Shown here in pieces: positions 47,780 to 57,400 of a stretch of 64,000 bases of DNA (the stretch's first letter is position 1; every line of letters starts with the position of its first letter). The DNA is taken from contig CBDAVT010000002.1 in NCBI GenBank assembly GCA_965201145.1, positions 2,203,380-2,267,379 of the forward strand, written 5' to 3'. A program made the position numbers and the translations under genes. Source of the DNA: Dehalococcoidia bacterium. Lineage in GTDB: Bacteria; Chloroflexota; Dehalococcoidia; Lucifugimonadales; UBA3495. The notes below the pieces were generated by a model, which was not told the DNA's origin, searched no databases, and worked only from the letters and a program-made list of their open reading frames with translations.

Positions 47780-48718
47780 TTATTGCACTACCCCGGCCCC
47801 GTGGCGGCCGGTGTCCGCGGCCCGGTACAGGCTGCCCCCGGTGGTAGTCACGTACAGGTCGCCGCCATCCGGGCCGCCAAAGGCGCAGTTGGTGGGCGTT
47901 TCGGGCAGTCGATGCGACTCCAGAATGCGGCCCGTGGGCGTCAAGACGTAGGCCATCGGTCCCGGCCCGGATCCCTCGCCGCCAGCCACCGCTACTATGT
48001 TGCCGGCATCGTCCAGACACATACCATAGATGCCCCGTTGGACTCCCCGGCGGCCGCTTCCATCGTCCTGGCCGAAGGTGTGCAGCAGCCGATAGGGGCC
48101 CAGCGCGCCGCTCTCCAGAATGGGATAGGCCCGCAGCTCCCGCCTTCCTTCCGGGGCTTCGCTGCTTTCGGCCACGTACAAGACATCTTCCTCCGGCGCC
48201 AGCAGGAGGGCCATAGGCGCATCGGTATCGTAGGTCATTCGGGTAATGGGCGCATCCAGCCCCGACTCGGGGGATTCCAGCCGCAGCACCGAAGCGTGGT
48301 CGAGCTTATCGTGAATCTGGGGATTCATCGCCTCCCGCAGGTCGCCGTGAGGGTCGCAGAACCAGATTCGGTCCGACCCGTCCACCAGCAAATCCCGGGG
48401 TTGGTTGTGGTACACGCCATTCAGTTTGTGCGCCAGGGGCGAAGTGCTGCCGTCGGCATTGAACCGCACCAGCCGGCGGCCGCCGCTTTGGGCCCCGTAA
48501 AGGACACCGGAGCGGGAGAAGGCCAGCCCGCAGGTTCGGTTGGTCCAACGGCGAAAATCGGCAACTTGTCCCGAATCGGGGGCGTAGCGGAGGATGCGGT
48601 TGTTGGCGGCGTTGAAGGGGAAGGTCAACTGCGTGAACAGCAGCGCTTCCCCGTCCCAAACGGGCCCGTCGGTGGGACTGCCGAAGGGCCCGGCCACCGG
48701 TTGAAAATCCCAGTTCAC
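47780..48718 (-). CDS. SMP-30/gluconolactonase/LRE-family beta-propeller protein
   Basis: 312-aa ORF with the family-like pattern PTDGPVWDGEALLFT, RPNDL-like QPRDLLVDGSDRIWFCDP, and GPDGGDLYVTT. Confidence 0.7.
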   Translation of the reverse strand: MNWDFQPVAGPFGSPTDGPVWDGEALLFTQLTFPFNAANNRILRYAPDSGQVADFRRWTNRTCGLAFSRSGVLYGAQSGGRRLVRFNADGSTSPLAHKLNGVYHNQPRDLLVDGSDRIWFCDPHGDLREAMNPQIHDKLDHASVLRLESPESGLDAPITRMTYDTDAPMALLLAPEEDVLYVAESSEAPEGRRELRAYPILESGALGPYRLLHTFGQDDGSGRRGVQRGIYGMCLDDAGNIVAVAGGEGSGPGPMAYVLTPTGRILESHRLPETPTNCAFGGPDGGDLYVTTTGGSLYRAADTGRHGAGVVQ

Positions 48719-48801
48719 GGTAATCTTACTCCAGGCAGCTGGTTAGGTCAGGATTGTAGGAGCCGGCCAATGGGGGTGTCAAGGAAACGGGGGCGGGGTG
48801 G

Positions 48802-48984
48802 CAGGGCTATCGCATATGAAAAATTTTCAGGATCAAAACGGAACTTTCCGATGTTTTGGCGGCGCTTTACTGGGTAATCAACATCAAAACCAACGGTTTA
48901 AGTCTTAAATTACCCAAATTTAGCAGTTAAAAACTGAGATTTACCCGTCAATTGGCCTCTTAAAATCCATATGCGATAGCCCTG
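48802..48984 (+). mobile_element. 183-bp MITE-like element, copy 4 (variant B)
   Basis: Same TIRs. 10-bp TSD GGCGGGGTGG (48792-48801 and 48985-48994). Lies in a divergent intergenic region. Confidence 0.9.
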
Positions 48985-49150
48985 GGCGGGGTGGGTCATT
49001 ACACGCTCATTGGTGAATTAATGCATCTACTTACAGGACCCCGGCAGGTCTGCGCTAATCTGAAGGATTGGTTGAATTATCTCACTGCCAATGCTAATCT
49101 GCCTGCAAACACCGATGGACGACACCAGAAATAAGAGAAGGTGAGCAGCG

Positions 49151-50107
49151 ATGGCGGAAAGGCGAATTGGCGTGGCGGCAATGGGCGGTGACAGTCGGGC
49201 GGTGGTGTCCCGGATTCAGCAACTGGAAGAGCTGGGCATTGCCGCGGCCTGGCTGACTTCCGGCGGCGCCGGGCCGGATGCGCTGACCACCTTTGCCGCC
49301 GCCGCGGCCACTACCGAGCGCATTCTGCTGGGTACCAGCATTATTCCCACTTACCCGAGGCATCCTATCGTGGCGGTGCAGCAAACGCAGGTAGTGGCCC
49401 AGTTGGCGCCGGGACGGTTCCGGCTGGGTTTGGGCCCCAGCCACAAGGTCAGCATTGAACCGATGTACGGCATAGAACATCACGCCCCCTTGACCAACCT
49501 GCGGGAGTATATCCAGGTGGTGAAGGCGCTGCTCTGGGAAGGTCAGGTGGATTTTGACGGCGCCCAGTATCACGGGCACGGAGCGCTGCCGGGCGCGCCG
49601 GCCCCGGATGTGCTGGTAATGGCATCGGCGCTGCGCCGCCGTTCTTTCCGGCTGTGCGGCGAGGTGGCCGACGGGGCCATCAGCTGGGTCTGCCCCGGCC
49701 AGTACCTCCGGGATGTGGCTTTGCCGGAGTTGCAGCGCGGCGCGGCGGAGGCCGCTCGTCCAACGCCGCCGTTGATTGCCCACGCCCCGGTTTGCGTCCA
49801 CGAGAACCTGGAGGAAGTTCGGGAGGCGGCCCGGGCGCAGTTAGCCAACTACCCCCGGTCGCCCTTCTACCAGGAAATGTTCGCCGCCTCAGGCCATCCC
49901 GAAGCCCGGGACGGGACCTGGAGCGACGGTATGCTGGAGGATGTGGTTTTCATGGGCGATGAAGATACGGTAGCCGGCCGGATTCGGGAGTTGTTTGACT
50001 GGGGCGCGACGGAAATTCTGGCCCACCCCATCACCGCCGGCAGCGACCCGGCAGCCTCCATGAACCGCAGCCTGAACCTGATTGCGACGGTGGGTCAGGG
50101 GCTGTAG
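49151..50107 (+). CDS. LLM-class F420-dependent oxidoreductase
   Basis: 318-aa ORF with the luciferase-like pattern (LGTSIIPTYPRHP, RFRLGLGPSH). Confidence 0.8.
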   Translation: MAERRIGVAAMGGDSRAVVSRIQQLEELGIAAAWLTSGGAGPDALTTFAAAAATTERILLGTSIIPTYPRHPIVAVQQTQVVAQLAPGRFRLGLGPSHKVSIEPMYGIEHHAPLTNLREYIQVVKALLWEGQVDFDGAQYHGHGALPGAPAPDVLVMASALRRRSFRLCGEVADGAISWVCPGQYLRDVALPELQRGAAEAARPTPPLIAHAPVCVHENLEEVREAARAQLANYPRSPFYQEMFAASGHPEARDGTWSDGMLEDVVFMGDEDTVAGRIRELFDWGATEILAHPITAGSDPAASMNRSLNLIATVGQGL

Positions 50108-50155
50108 GAAAATTCGGAAATTACTGAAAGGAACCCGGGACTTTCACGAGGTAAT

Positions 50156-51097
50156 ATGACCCTGACTGCAAATGTAGCAAATTGGAAATTCGACTATCGC
50201 TCTGATTATGTCGGCAACTCACTCATAATCCAGGCAAATTGTTTTGAATGGCTCAAAAGAATTCCCGAGAATAGTATTCACGCCTTCGTTACTGACCCAC
50301 CCTACGTAGTTAAGGAGTACGAAAGGGAGCAACTGGACAAAAGAGCTAACGGAAGTGGCGGAGTTTGGAGGATTCCACCGTCTTTCGATGGGCATTCCAG
50401 GGCGCCGTTGCCCCGGTTTACGGCTCTATCCCATAAGGAAAGGCAAGTTTTAACGGATTTCTTCACTGTTTGGGCCAGGCTGGCAGTGCGAGCGTTGTTG
50501 CCGGGAGGCCATGTGATTATTGCCAGCAATGCTTTTCTTTCGCAAGCCGTTTTTTCTGCTCTTATCGATGGTGGGTTGGAGTTTCGAGGTGAGTTAATCA
50601 GAGTTGTCCGTACTTTGCGCGGTGGAGACCGACCCAAAAACGCCGAAGAGGAATTTTCAAACGTGTCTTCACTCCCACGTGGATGCTACGAACCTTGGGG
50701 AATTTTTCGTAAAACTTTGCCGATAGATATGACCCTACGTGATTGCTTGCGTAAGTTTCAGACTGGCGGACTTCGCCGACTTCCCGACGGGAAACCTTTC
50801 GAGGACCTGATCTTCAGTGAAAGGACTCCGAAGAAGGAAAAAGAAATCTCAAACCACCCTAGTTGCAAACCCCAATCCTTTATGCGTCAAGTTGTTTATG
50901 CTGTGCTACCGATGGGCGAAGGTATCATATGCGACCCATTTATGGGTAGTGGGAGCACCTTGGCTGCCGCTGAAGCTGTAGGAGCTTGTTGCGTTGGCCT
51001 AGAGACACGTCAAGAATACTACGATCTAAGCCGCATAGCCATTCCGAGATTAGCTGCTATGGGCACAAAGCTAAATCCTGCACTATTGCTACTGTAG
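50156..51097 (+). CDS. DNA methyltransferase, beta class (DPPY motif; probably N6-adenine)
   Basis: 313-aa ORF. Motif IV FVTDPPYV precedes motif I CDPFMGSGST. AT-rich (26/60 G+C at 50161-50220). Confidence 0.85.
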   Translation: MTLTANVANWKFDYRSDYVGNSLIIQANCFEWLKRIPENSIHAFVTDPPYVVKEYEREQLDKRANGSGGVWRIPPSFDGHSRAPLPRFTALSHKERQVLTDFFTVWARLAVRALLPGGHVIIASNAFLSQAVFSALIDGGLEFRGELIRVVRTLRGGDRPKNAEEEFSNVSSLPRGCYEPWGIFRKTLPIDMTLRDCLRKFQTGGLRRLPDGKPFEDLIFSERTPKKEKEISNHPSCKPQSFMRQVVYAVLPMGEGIICDPFMGSGSTLAAAEAVGACCVGLETRQEYYDLSRIAIPRLAAMGTKLNPALLLL

Positions 51098-51737
51098 GGC
51101 CTACAGAGAGCGGTATATCCAATTGTCTGCCATTTTCCGGTATCCCGAGCAGTAACTGTGGCAGTAATGGTGCGTCGGCTAGTTGATGAGCGTCCTGAAA
51201 ACTGCCAATCGCTTTCTTCAAGATGTGCGACAAGGACTTGAACAAAGCGGAAAGGACGTCTATCAGTTCTCGTCCCTGTATCTTGAGGTCTGTTGCTGTC
51301 AAATACAAACACTATTAACCAGGTACTTTCCGGGTTGTGTCCCTGCCAACCACGCAAGTATCGGGAAGCCTTGACTCAATCCCGGAACTTGTATGCTGGA
51401 CCGAGTCATCGGGGAATTGCCCTGCGGGTATCAAGTCCGGGTGCCCGTTATGATAACGATTCTTCACTATATTGGGGCTATGTTTGGGTAGAGTCGAAAT
51501 CATGAACTCTCCAACCATGCTACTGAAGTTGGCCGGCATTAGTATGGATTCTAATCGAGCCTGGCCTCGTTCATTGAGTTGGTTATTGATGAATCCCAGA
51601 AAATCCAGATACTCGCACATAGCGAGATAAATTTGCCGGACAGTAACTCCGTAAGGCAACTTGGCATTGCGGTTAAAATCCCTAAAGCGGACTGAATTTG
51701 GAGTGCAGGCGGCCTTTTCTGAGTAGTTATTATTCAC
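51057..51737 (-). pseudogene. decayed restriction endonuclease-like gene (at least two frameshifts)
   Basis: Three overlapping minus-strand ORFs in three frames (51315..51737, 51019..51357, 51057..51308) read as one protein. GHPDLIPAG...GIES shifts to RGWQGHNPESTWLIVFVFDS, which shifts to TATDLKIQGRELIDV... It is convergent with the methyltransferase. Confidence 0.45.
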
Positions 51738-51874
51738 GTTGGCTCTGGTTGAATCCTAAATTCTGAGTTTCTAGTCTCAACAAGCTTAACGAAAATAGCG
51801 TGATTAGTTTATCCTCCGAACTCCGTTGTTGCCTGAGTTCGAATACCCGCATCAGTTCAATGCAGCTCCGGCCC

Positions 51875-53449
51875 CTAAATCTTCGCCTTGGCCGCTTCCC
51901 TTTGGCCGGTGGCGGTCAGTTCCCAGCTTTTTCCGGTGGGGTCCTCCCGCAGCAAACCGTAGGCTGCCAGCGAGCGGCGGGCTAATTCCGCCGAGTTCCG
52001 CCACCGGATTTGGCCCTCCGGAAGTTCCTGGTAGTCGGCGCCCTTAAAGTAAGGCCCAAGCATGGCCTCGATTCCGGCCAGCACCGATTCGGTGTCGCCC
52101 TGGCCGCCCAGGTCAAAGAGAACCTCAAGGATGGGGAGCTCAAATTCGCCTACCGGAGTGGCCGCGCCGACCGGGGAAGGCTCGGCAGCGCCACCGGAAC
52201 CACTGCCGCTTTGCGGTTTTGGAACCTCTTCTTTGGCCTCCGCCGCGCTGTTTTGACCGGAACCGTTTTGGCCGGTCTCGGCGGCTTGACGCTCGGCGTA
52301 AATTTGGTGCGCCCGGTCAATAGCCCGGACCCGGCCGCTGACCAGAATTTCCTGACGCTCGGCGGCCCAGCGATTCGAGGCGGCAACACTACGGACCGAA
52401 CCTTGAAAATGGGGCATAACGTAGCGGGCCAGCAGTTCAAAGCTGTGCAGCATCTTCTCCCGGTGCGCCCAGTCGATGGTCTGGACCAGAAAGCCGCCAA
52501 AGCCGCCGCTCTGTTCGGCCAGGTTGTTGATGCTCCGGATGCAGTCGTCCGGGGTGCCGATAATCCAGGACCCATTGTCGGCCATAAAATCCACCACCTC
52601 TTCCAGTGGGCCGTCAAAGGCCGCTTTGCGCCCGTTGGTTCCCTCGGAGTACTCGCGCAGATAGCGGCCGGAGCCCAGCCGTACCTCGTCCAGGGCCTGC
52701 TGCCGGTCCTCGGCCAGGTGAACCGGCACCGCCAGCCGCCAGTCGAATCGGTCCACCGTCTGCCCGTGCTCCGCCGCCGTGGTTTCAGCAATCTCCCACA
52801 AACCCTTCAGGTTGGACGGGCCGGCCGAAGGGTCGCGAGGCACGGTGATGGTCAGCACTGCTGCGCCGTACTTGCCGGCCAGGGCGACTCCGGCTGGCGA
52901 CTGCACCGATGCTACCGCTAACGGCATATAGGGGCGCTGGTAGGGTCTCAATTGAAGCATGGCCTCCCGCAGTTCGAACCAGTCGCTCTTGTAGGTGATT
53001 GGCTCATCTTCGGTGAAGAGTCGCAGGACGATGCCCATGGCCTCATCCATCTTTTCCCGTTGGGTAGCCGGGTCGATTCCCATCATATAGGCATCGCCGG
53101 GCAGCGCGCCCGGGCCAACGCCCAGCATAACCCGTCCGTGGGTCATGTGATCCAGCTGCACCATCCGGTTGGCTACCATGAAGGGATGGTGGTAAGGCAG
53201 GCTGATGACCCCGGTGCCCAGCTTGATGTGGCGGGTTCGCTCGGCAGCGGCGGCGATAAACAGTTCCGGCGAGGATATGGTTTCCCAACCGGCGCTGTGA
53301 TGCTCGCCAATCCAGGCTTCATCGTAGCCCAGATAGTCCAGCCACTGGATTAACTCCAGGTCCCGGTCTATCGCCAGGGTGGGATTCTCGCCAACCCGGT
53401 GGAAAGGGCCCAGGAAGATGCCGAATTTCATGCGGTCAGGCAGGTTCAT
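51875..53449 (-). CDS. LLM-class flavin-dependent monooxygenase fused to a C-terminal Mrr_N-like winged-helix domain
   Basis: Start placed at MNLPDRMKFGIF (AAGGA RBS). Luciferase-like core (EAWIGEHHS, KLGTGVISLPYHHP), a Gly/Ser/Ala-rich linker, then LPILEVLFDLGG...IRWRNSAELARRSLAAYGLL...GKSWELTATG. Confidence 0.7.
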   Translation of the reverse strand: MNLPDRMKFGIFLGPFHRVGENPTLAIDRDLELIQWLDYLGYDEAWIGEHHSAGWETISSPELFIAAAAERTRHIKLGTGVISLPYHHPFMVANRMVQLDHMTHGRVMLGVGPGALPGDAYMMGIDPATQREKMDEAMGIVLRLFTEDEPITYKSDWFELREAMLQLRPYQRPYMPLAVASVQSPAGVALAGKYGAAVLTITVPRDPSAGPSNLKGLWEIAETTAAEHGQTVDRFDWRLAVPVHLAEDRQQALDEVRLGSGRYLREYSEGTNGRKAAFDGPLEEVVDFMADNGSWIIGTPDDCIRSINNLAEQSGGFGGFLVQTIDWAHREKMLHSFELLARYVMPHFQGSVRSVAASNRWAAERQEILVSGRVRAIDRAHQIYAERQAAETGQNGSGQNSAAEAKEEVPKPQSGSGSGGAAEPSPVGAATPVGEFELPILEVLFDLGGQGDTESVLAGIEAMLGPYFKGADYQELPEGQIRWRNSAELARRSLAAYGLLREDPTGKSWELTATGQREAAKAKI

Positions 53450-53564
53450 GGCGGCCGTCCTTAGTTTTAGAGTAGGGTAAAGGTTCGAAATAGGGGACAT
53501 TTTCCGGAGTATGTCGGGCATTATAACCAGCGGGCCGGGCCGGGGCAATTGCCGGTGCGGGACG

Positions 53565-53639
53565 GCCCTCACCCCTCACCCCGCTCCCCCAGGGAGAGGG
53601 GCCGGGGTGAGGGCTTCCCCCTGGCCGGGAGTGAGGGCC
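53565..53639. repeat. compound REP-like palindrome
   Basis: GGCCCTCACCCCTCACCCCGCTCCCCCAGGGAGAGGGGCCGGGGTGAGGGC...GGGAGTGAGGGCC. Confidence 0.7.
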
Positions 53640-53713
53640 GCCGCGACAGTACCCAAGTCGGCAGCGATGGGTTAAAATAGTGCTACTATCCAGAACCCGG
53701 GAGGCCCTATACC

Positions 53714-54175
53714 ATGGACATGGGCGACATCGCCGCCATTGCTGCCATCTCCACCGTATTTCTCGCCATAGTCGGACTTTCGGCCACGGCCATTTTCCGT
53801 ATCGGCAAACTGACCGAGGCCACGGACAGGATACCGGAAGAGTTCCGCGCCGAACTCCAGACCGTGGAAGCTCGCAACGAAGAACGCTTCCAGCGAGTAG
53901 ATGACCGTTTCCAGTATATGGAGGCCTTGAATGAAGAACGCTTCCGACGCATGGAAGAGCGTATGGAAGAACGCTTCCAGCGTATGGAAGAGCGTATGGA
54001 AGAACGCTTCCAGCGTATGGAAGATCTCATTCACCATAACGAGGAGTTAATTCGTTCCGAGAGTGAACGAATTCAGGGGCAGATTCTCATTTTGCAGCAA
54101 GCGATAATGACCCACTCCCACGACCAGGACGGCAACGTCATGTTTCGGGTTCCTATGCCTGATACTGAGGAATAG
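53714..54175 (+). CDS. N-terminally membrane-anchored coiled-coil protein with 11-residue EERFQRMEERM repeats
   Basis: 153-aa ORF. TM helix IAAIAAISTVFLAIVGLSATAIF. 33-bp DNA tandem repeat units at 53933, 53966 and 53999. Confidence 0.6.
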   Translation: MDMGDIAAIAAISTVFLAIVGLSATAIFRIGKLTEATDRIPEEFRAELQTVEARNEERFQRVDDRFQYMEALNEERFRRMEERMEERFQRMEERMEERFQRMEDLIHHNEELIRSESERIQGQILILQQAIMTHSHDQDGNVMFRVPMPDTEE

Positions 54176-54193
54176 TTCCGCCTGTTTGCAGAC

Positions 54194-54332
54194 GGCCCTC
54201 ACCCCTCTCCCCGGAAGCCCTCACCCCTAACCCCTCTCCCGCGAGGCGAGGGGGACTTTGGGCAAACTCTCCCCTCTCCTCCAGGGAGAGGGGCCGGGGG
54301 TGAGGGCTTCCCCCTGGCCGGGGGTGAGGGCC
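54194..54332. repeat. cluster of REP-like palindromes
   Basis: Three nested or adjacent copies of the CCCTCACCCC / CCCCTCTCC ... GGAGAGGGGCCGGGGGTGAGGG motif, between two convergent genes. Confidence 0.7.
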
Positions 54333-54447
54333 GCCGGGGAGAGAAGCCAGGGCAGAGGGCAAAACCAGGCCCGGTTGGAAGTTTACGCTTCCAACCGGGC
54401 CTTTTCCCGTTTGCCGTTTAGATACGCCGGCCGTTGGCCGGCTGCAA

Positions 54448-57400
54448 CTAGCCGTTGTCCAGGGTGAACTTGAACTGGCCGCTGGCCGTGCCTCCGTTGG
54501 AGTCCGTGGCCGTTATCTTGATAGTCAACTCCTGGGAGGCGGCTCCTCCGGCGGTCAGCGTTAGCGTGCTGCCCGACCAGGAACCCGTTACCTTGTTCCG
54601 GGCGATCTCGTTCAGCTTCCCGGTTTTGACCGCTCCGGTGCGCTGGTGGGTGGTGGTCACCTCAACTGCGTAGGTCAGGCCGTCGCCGCTGAAGTGGCTG
54701 GTCATATCCAGCGCGCTGGTTTCGCCTTCCGACAACTCAACGTCGTCGAACTCGTCAATCAGCGTTGCCGGGTTATCCGGCTCCGGGGTAGGTTCCGGAG
54801 TGGGCTCGGGCGTAGGCTCCGGGGTCGGTTCCGGAGTAGGCTCGGGCGTAGGCTCCGGGGTCGGTTCCGGAGTAGGCGCAGGCGTAGGCTCCGGGGTAGG
54901 TTCCGGAGTGGGCTCGGGCGTAGGCTCCGGGGTCGGTTCCGGAGTGGGCTCGGGAGTAGGCTCGGGGGTGGGTTCCGGAGTAGGCGCAGCCGTCGGTTCC
55001 GGCGTGGCCGGGGGAACCGCAACCAGCGTCAGCGTGAAGTCGTCGCTGGCGGTGCCACTGTTCTCGTCGGTAGCCGTGATGGCGATGGTCAGCGACTGCA
55101 AGGCCGCCGGGCCGCCGGTCAGGGTCAGGACGCTGCCGTCCCACGCGCCGGTTACCTTGTTGACCGCAATCGTGTTGAGTTCGCCGGTCTTCTGGTTGCC
55201 GGTGCGCTGGTTGGTGGTGGTAACCATCACCTGGTAGGTGAGGCCGGCCCCTCTGAAGTGGTCGTCCATATCAAGGGCCTGCTCGCCGCCGTTCCAGATG
55301 TCCAGGTCATCGAAAGCGGCAATCAGCGTCGCATCCGGCCCTGGCGTGGGATCCGGCGTCGGCGCAGGCGTGGGTTCCGGGGTCGGTTCCGGGGTAGGCG
55401 CTGCCGTCGGCTCCGGGGTGGGTTCCGGGGTTGGCGCTGGCACTGCCGTTGCGGTGGGCACTGGCGTGGCCGTGGCGGTCGGTCCCGGCGCGGTTGTGGG
55501 CGCCGGCGTCGTCGCCTCGGTCGTCAGGCCGCTCACTTCCACCGTAAAGTCGCCGGCGGTGGAGCTGTAGAACGTCGTCGCTTCGATCGTGTAGGTCCCG
55601 GCGGACAGCGTTCTGGTTATCTGTGAGTTGGTATAAACGCCGCCGTCATCGTTTTCCTCGATTACGCTGCCGTTCGTACCCTCGCCCGAAAGCAGGTACA
55701 TATATGCGTCCCGTCCGATTATAAAGTCGCCCGGTGTGGTTGGATCCGGGACATCGGCCGGAACGATGAGGTCGATCTGAACTTCAGACTCCTCGCTGAG
55801 GGTGAAGCTGTAGTACTTGGCGTAAGCGCCCGGGGGACGATTGGCGGAACCGCAAGAGCTGTCCCAGGTACCCTCCACCGTAACGCTGTCCGAGGACTGG
55901 TCCAGGGCCTCTACCACACAGCCTGGCATGGGCGTTGGCGTCGGCTCAGGCGTGGGCTCGGGCGTCGGTTCCGGCGTGGGGGTTGGTGTCGGCGTCGGTG
56001 GAAGCTCAGGCGTCCCCTCTACCGTGCCGATGGCGAGAACGTTGTCGTCCGAGTCCAGGGCCACAACTTCAACGCTGTAGAGCTGATCCGCCGTCAGGCC
56101 GCTGATGGCGTGGGCATTGGCGGAATCGGTGGCAACGCGGGCGCTGTATGGGCCGATCACCTTCTGGACGACGCCGTTGTTGTCGATCTCATTAACCTCG
56201 CCCCAGCGGATGCTGTGTGCGGCAGCGCCGCTGAACGCGGTCCAGCTGATGGAGAGCGATGTTCCGTCGCCGCCGTCGGTTGCCGTCAAGCTATCAATCT
56301 GTGGGACGATGGGGGTTATCCCGCTGTCGGGCGGGCCGCCCGGCGCGGTTCCTTGCGGCTTGCCGGTCAGTAGAGCCGAGGGGACACGGAGCTGGACATA
56401 GTTGTTGTTGCCCCAGCAGCGGGTCTTGCCCGTGCTGGTGATTGCGCAGGCGTGCTCCTTGCCGACGTCGACGCGCACATACCGCTCGTCATCCGGCGGA
56501 TGCGTCAGACCCTTCGGGCGGTAAGTGTAGATGCCGTTCTCGTTGAAGTACACGTAGACCGGCATCGAATCGACCCGCTCGAACTTGGCGTAGCCGTAGT
56601 GCGTGCCGCCGATAGTGTAGCCGGACGAGCGCTCCCACCAGAAGTCCGTTTCGTCCGTGTCCGTCGCGCCGCGGTTCAGGCGGTCGTTGTTGTACCACGA
56701 CACCTGGAATGGCTCGCTGGAGCCGGTCCAATCGAAAGTCGTGGGACTGGTGCCGTCCCAGAGCGTCAACTGCTCGCCGATGTGCCACGAGGCGTTCCAG
56801 CAGCGGATGTGCCCCTCCAGCCGGGTGGCGCAGATGCCGCCCGGGCCCATGCCGACGGAGGTGTAGGCCCCGTTGGGCATAAAGTTGCCCCGGTCAAAGG
56901 GATAATCCCGGCCGGACACGGCGCCGCTGCCGAATTCAAAGCAGTCCAGCCCGAGGTCGTGGGCGATGAGACAGAGGGTATTGTTGGAAACTTCCAACGC
57001 ATCAAGGCTGTAGAGCTCCGCTCGTTTGATGGCCGGACCGCCACCCAATGACGAGATATCAGGGCCCTGGATCGAAACGCGCTGGTCGCCATCCCCTCTG
57101 CTGCTCGGCGAGTCGGCGCAGCGGGCCGCTCTGAGGTCAAGACCCCCAAAGGACGCGGTGTCCGGTATCAGACCACAGGTGAAATTGCCCCAGTCGTCCA
57201 CTGCGAGCTTGACTATATTATGATTCGCTTCGTGCGGGAAGTCTCCCTGCTTCGGGGTGCTGTCCTTGAAGCATATAGGCTGGTTACTATCCTCCTGTAC
57301 CAGACAGGCGTGGCGCCCGCCGACGGCAACGTCCTTCACGTTAGGGTAGGCAGTGCCGCTGCTGTCGGATATGATGGTGCCGATTTTTTTGCCGAGGGAC

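Noticed and set aside
54646-55626. 326-aa Arg/Gly-rich ORF and GSGV-repeat ORFs (54800..55237, 55238..55570) on the plus strand
   Set aside because: These are reverse-strand translations of the PEPT linker repeats of the giant protein.
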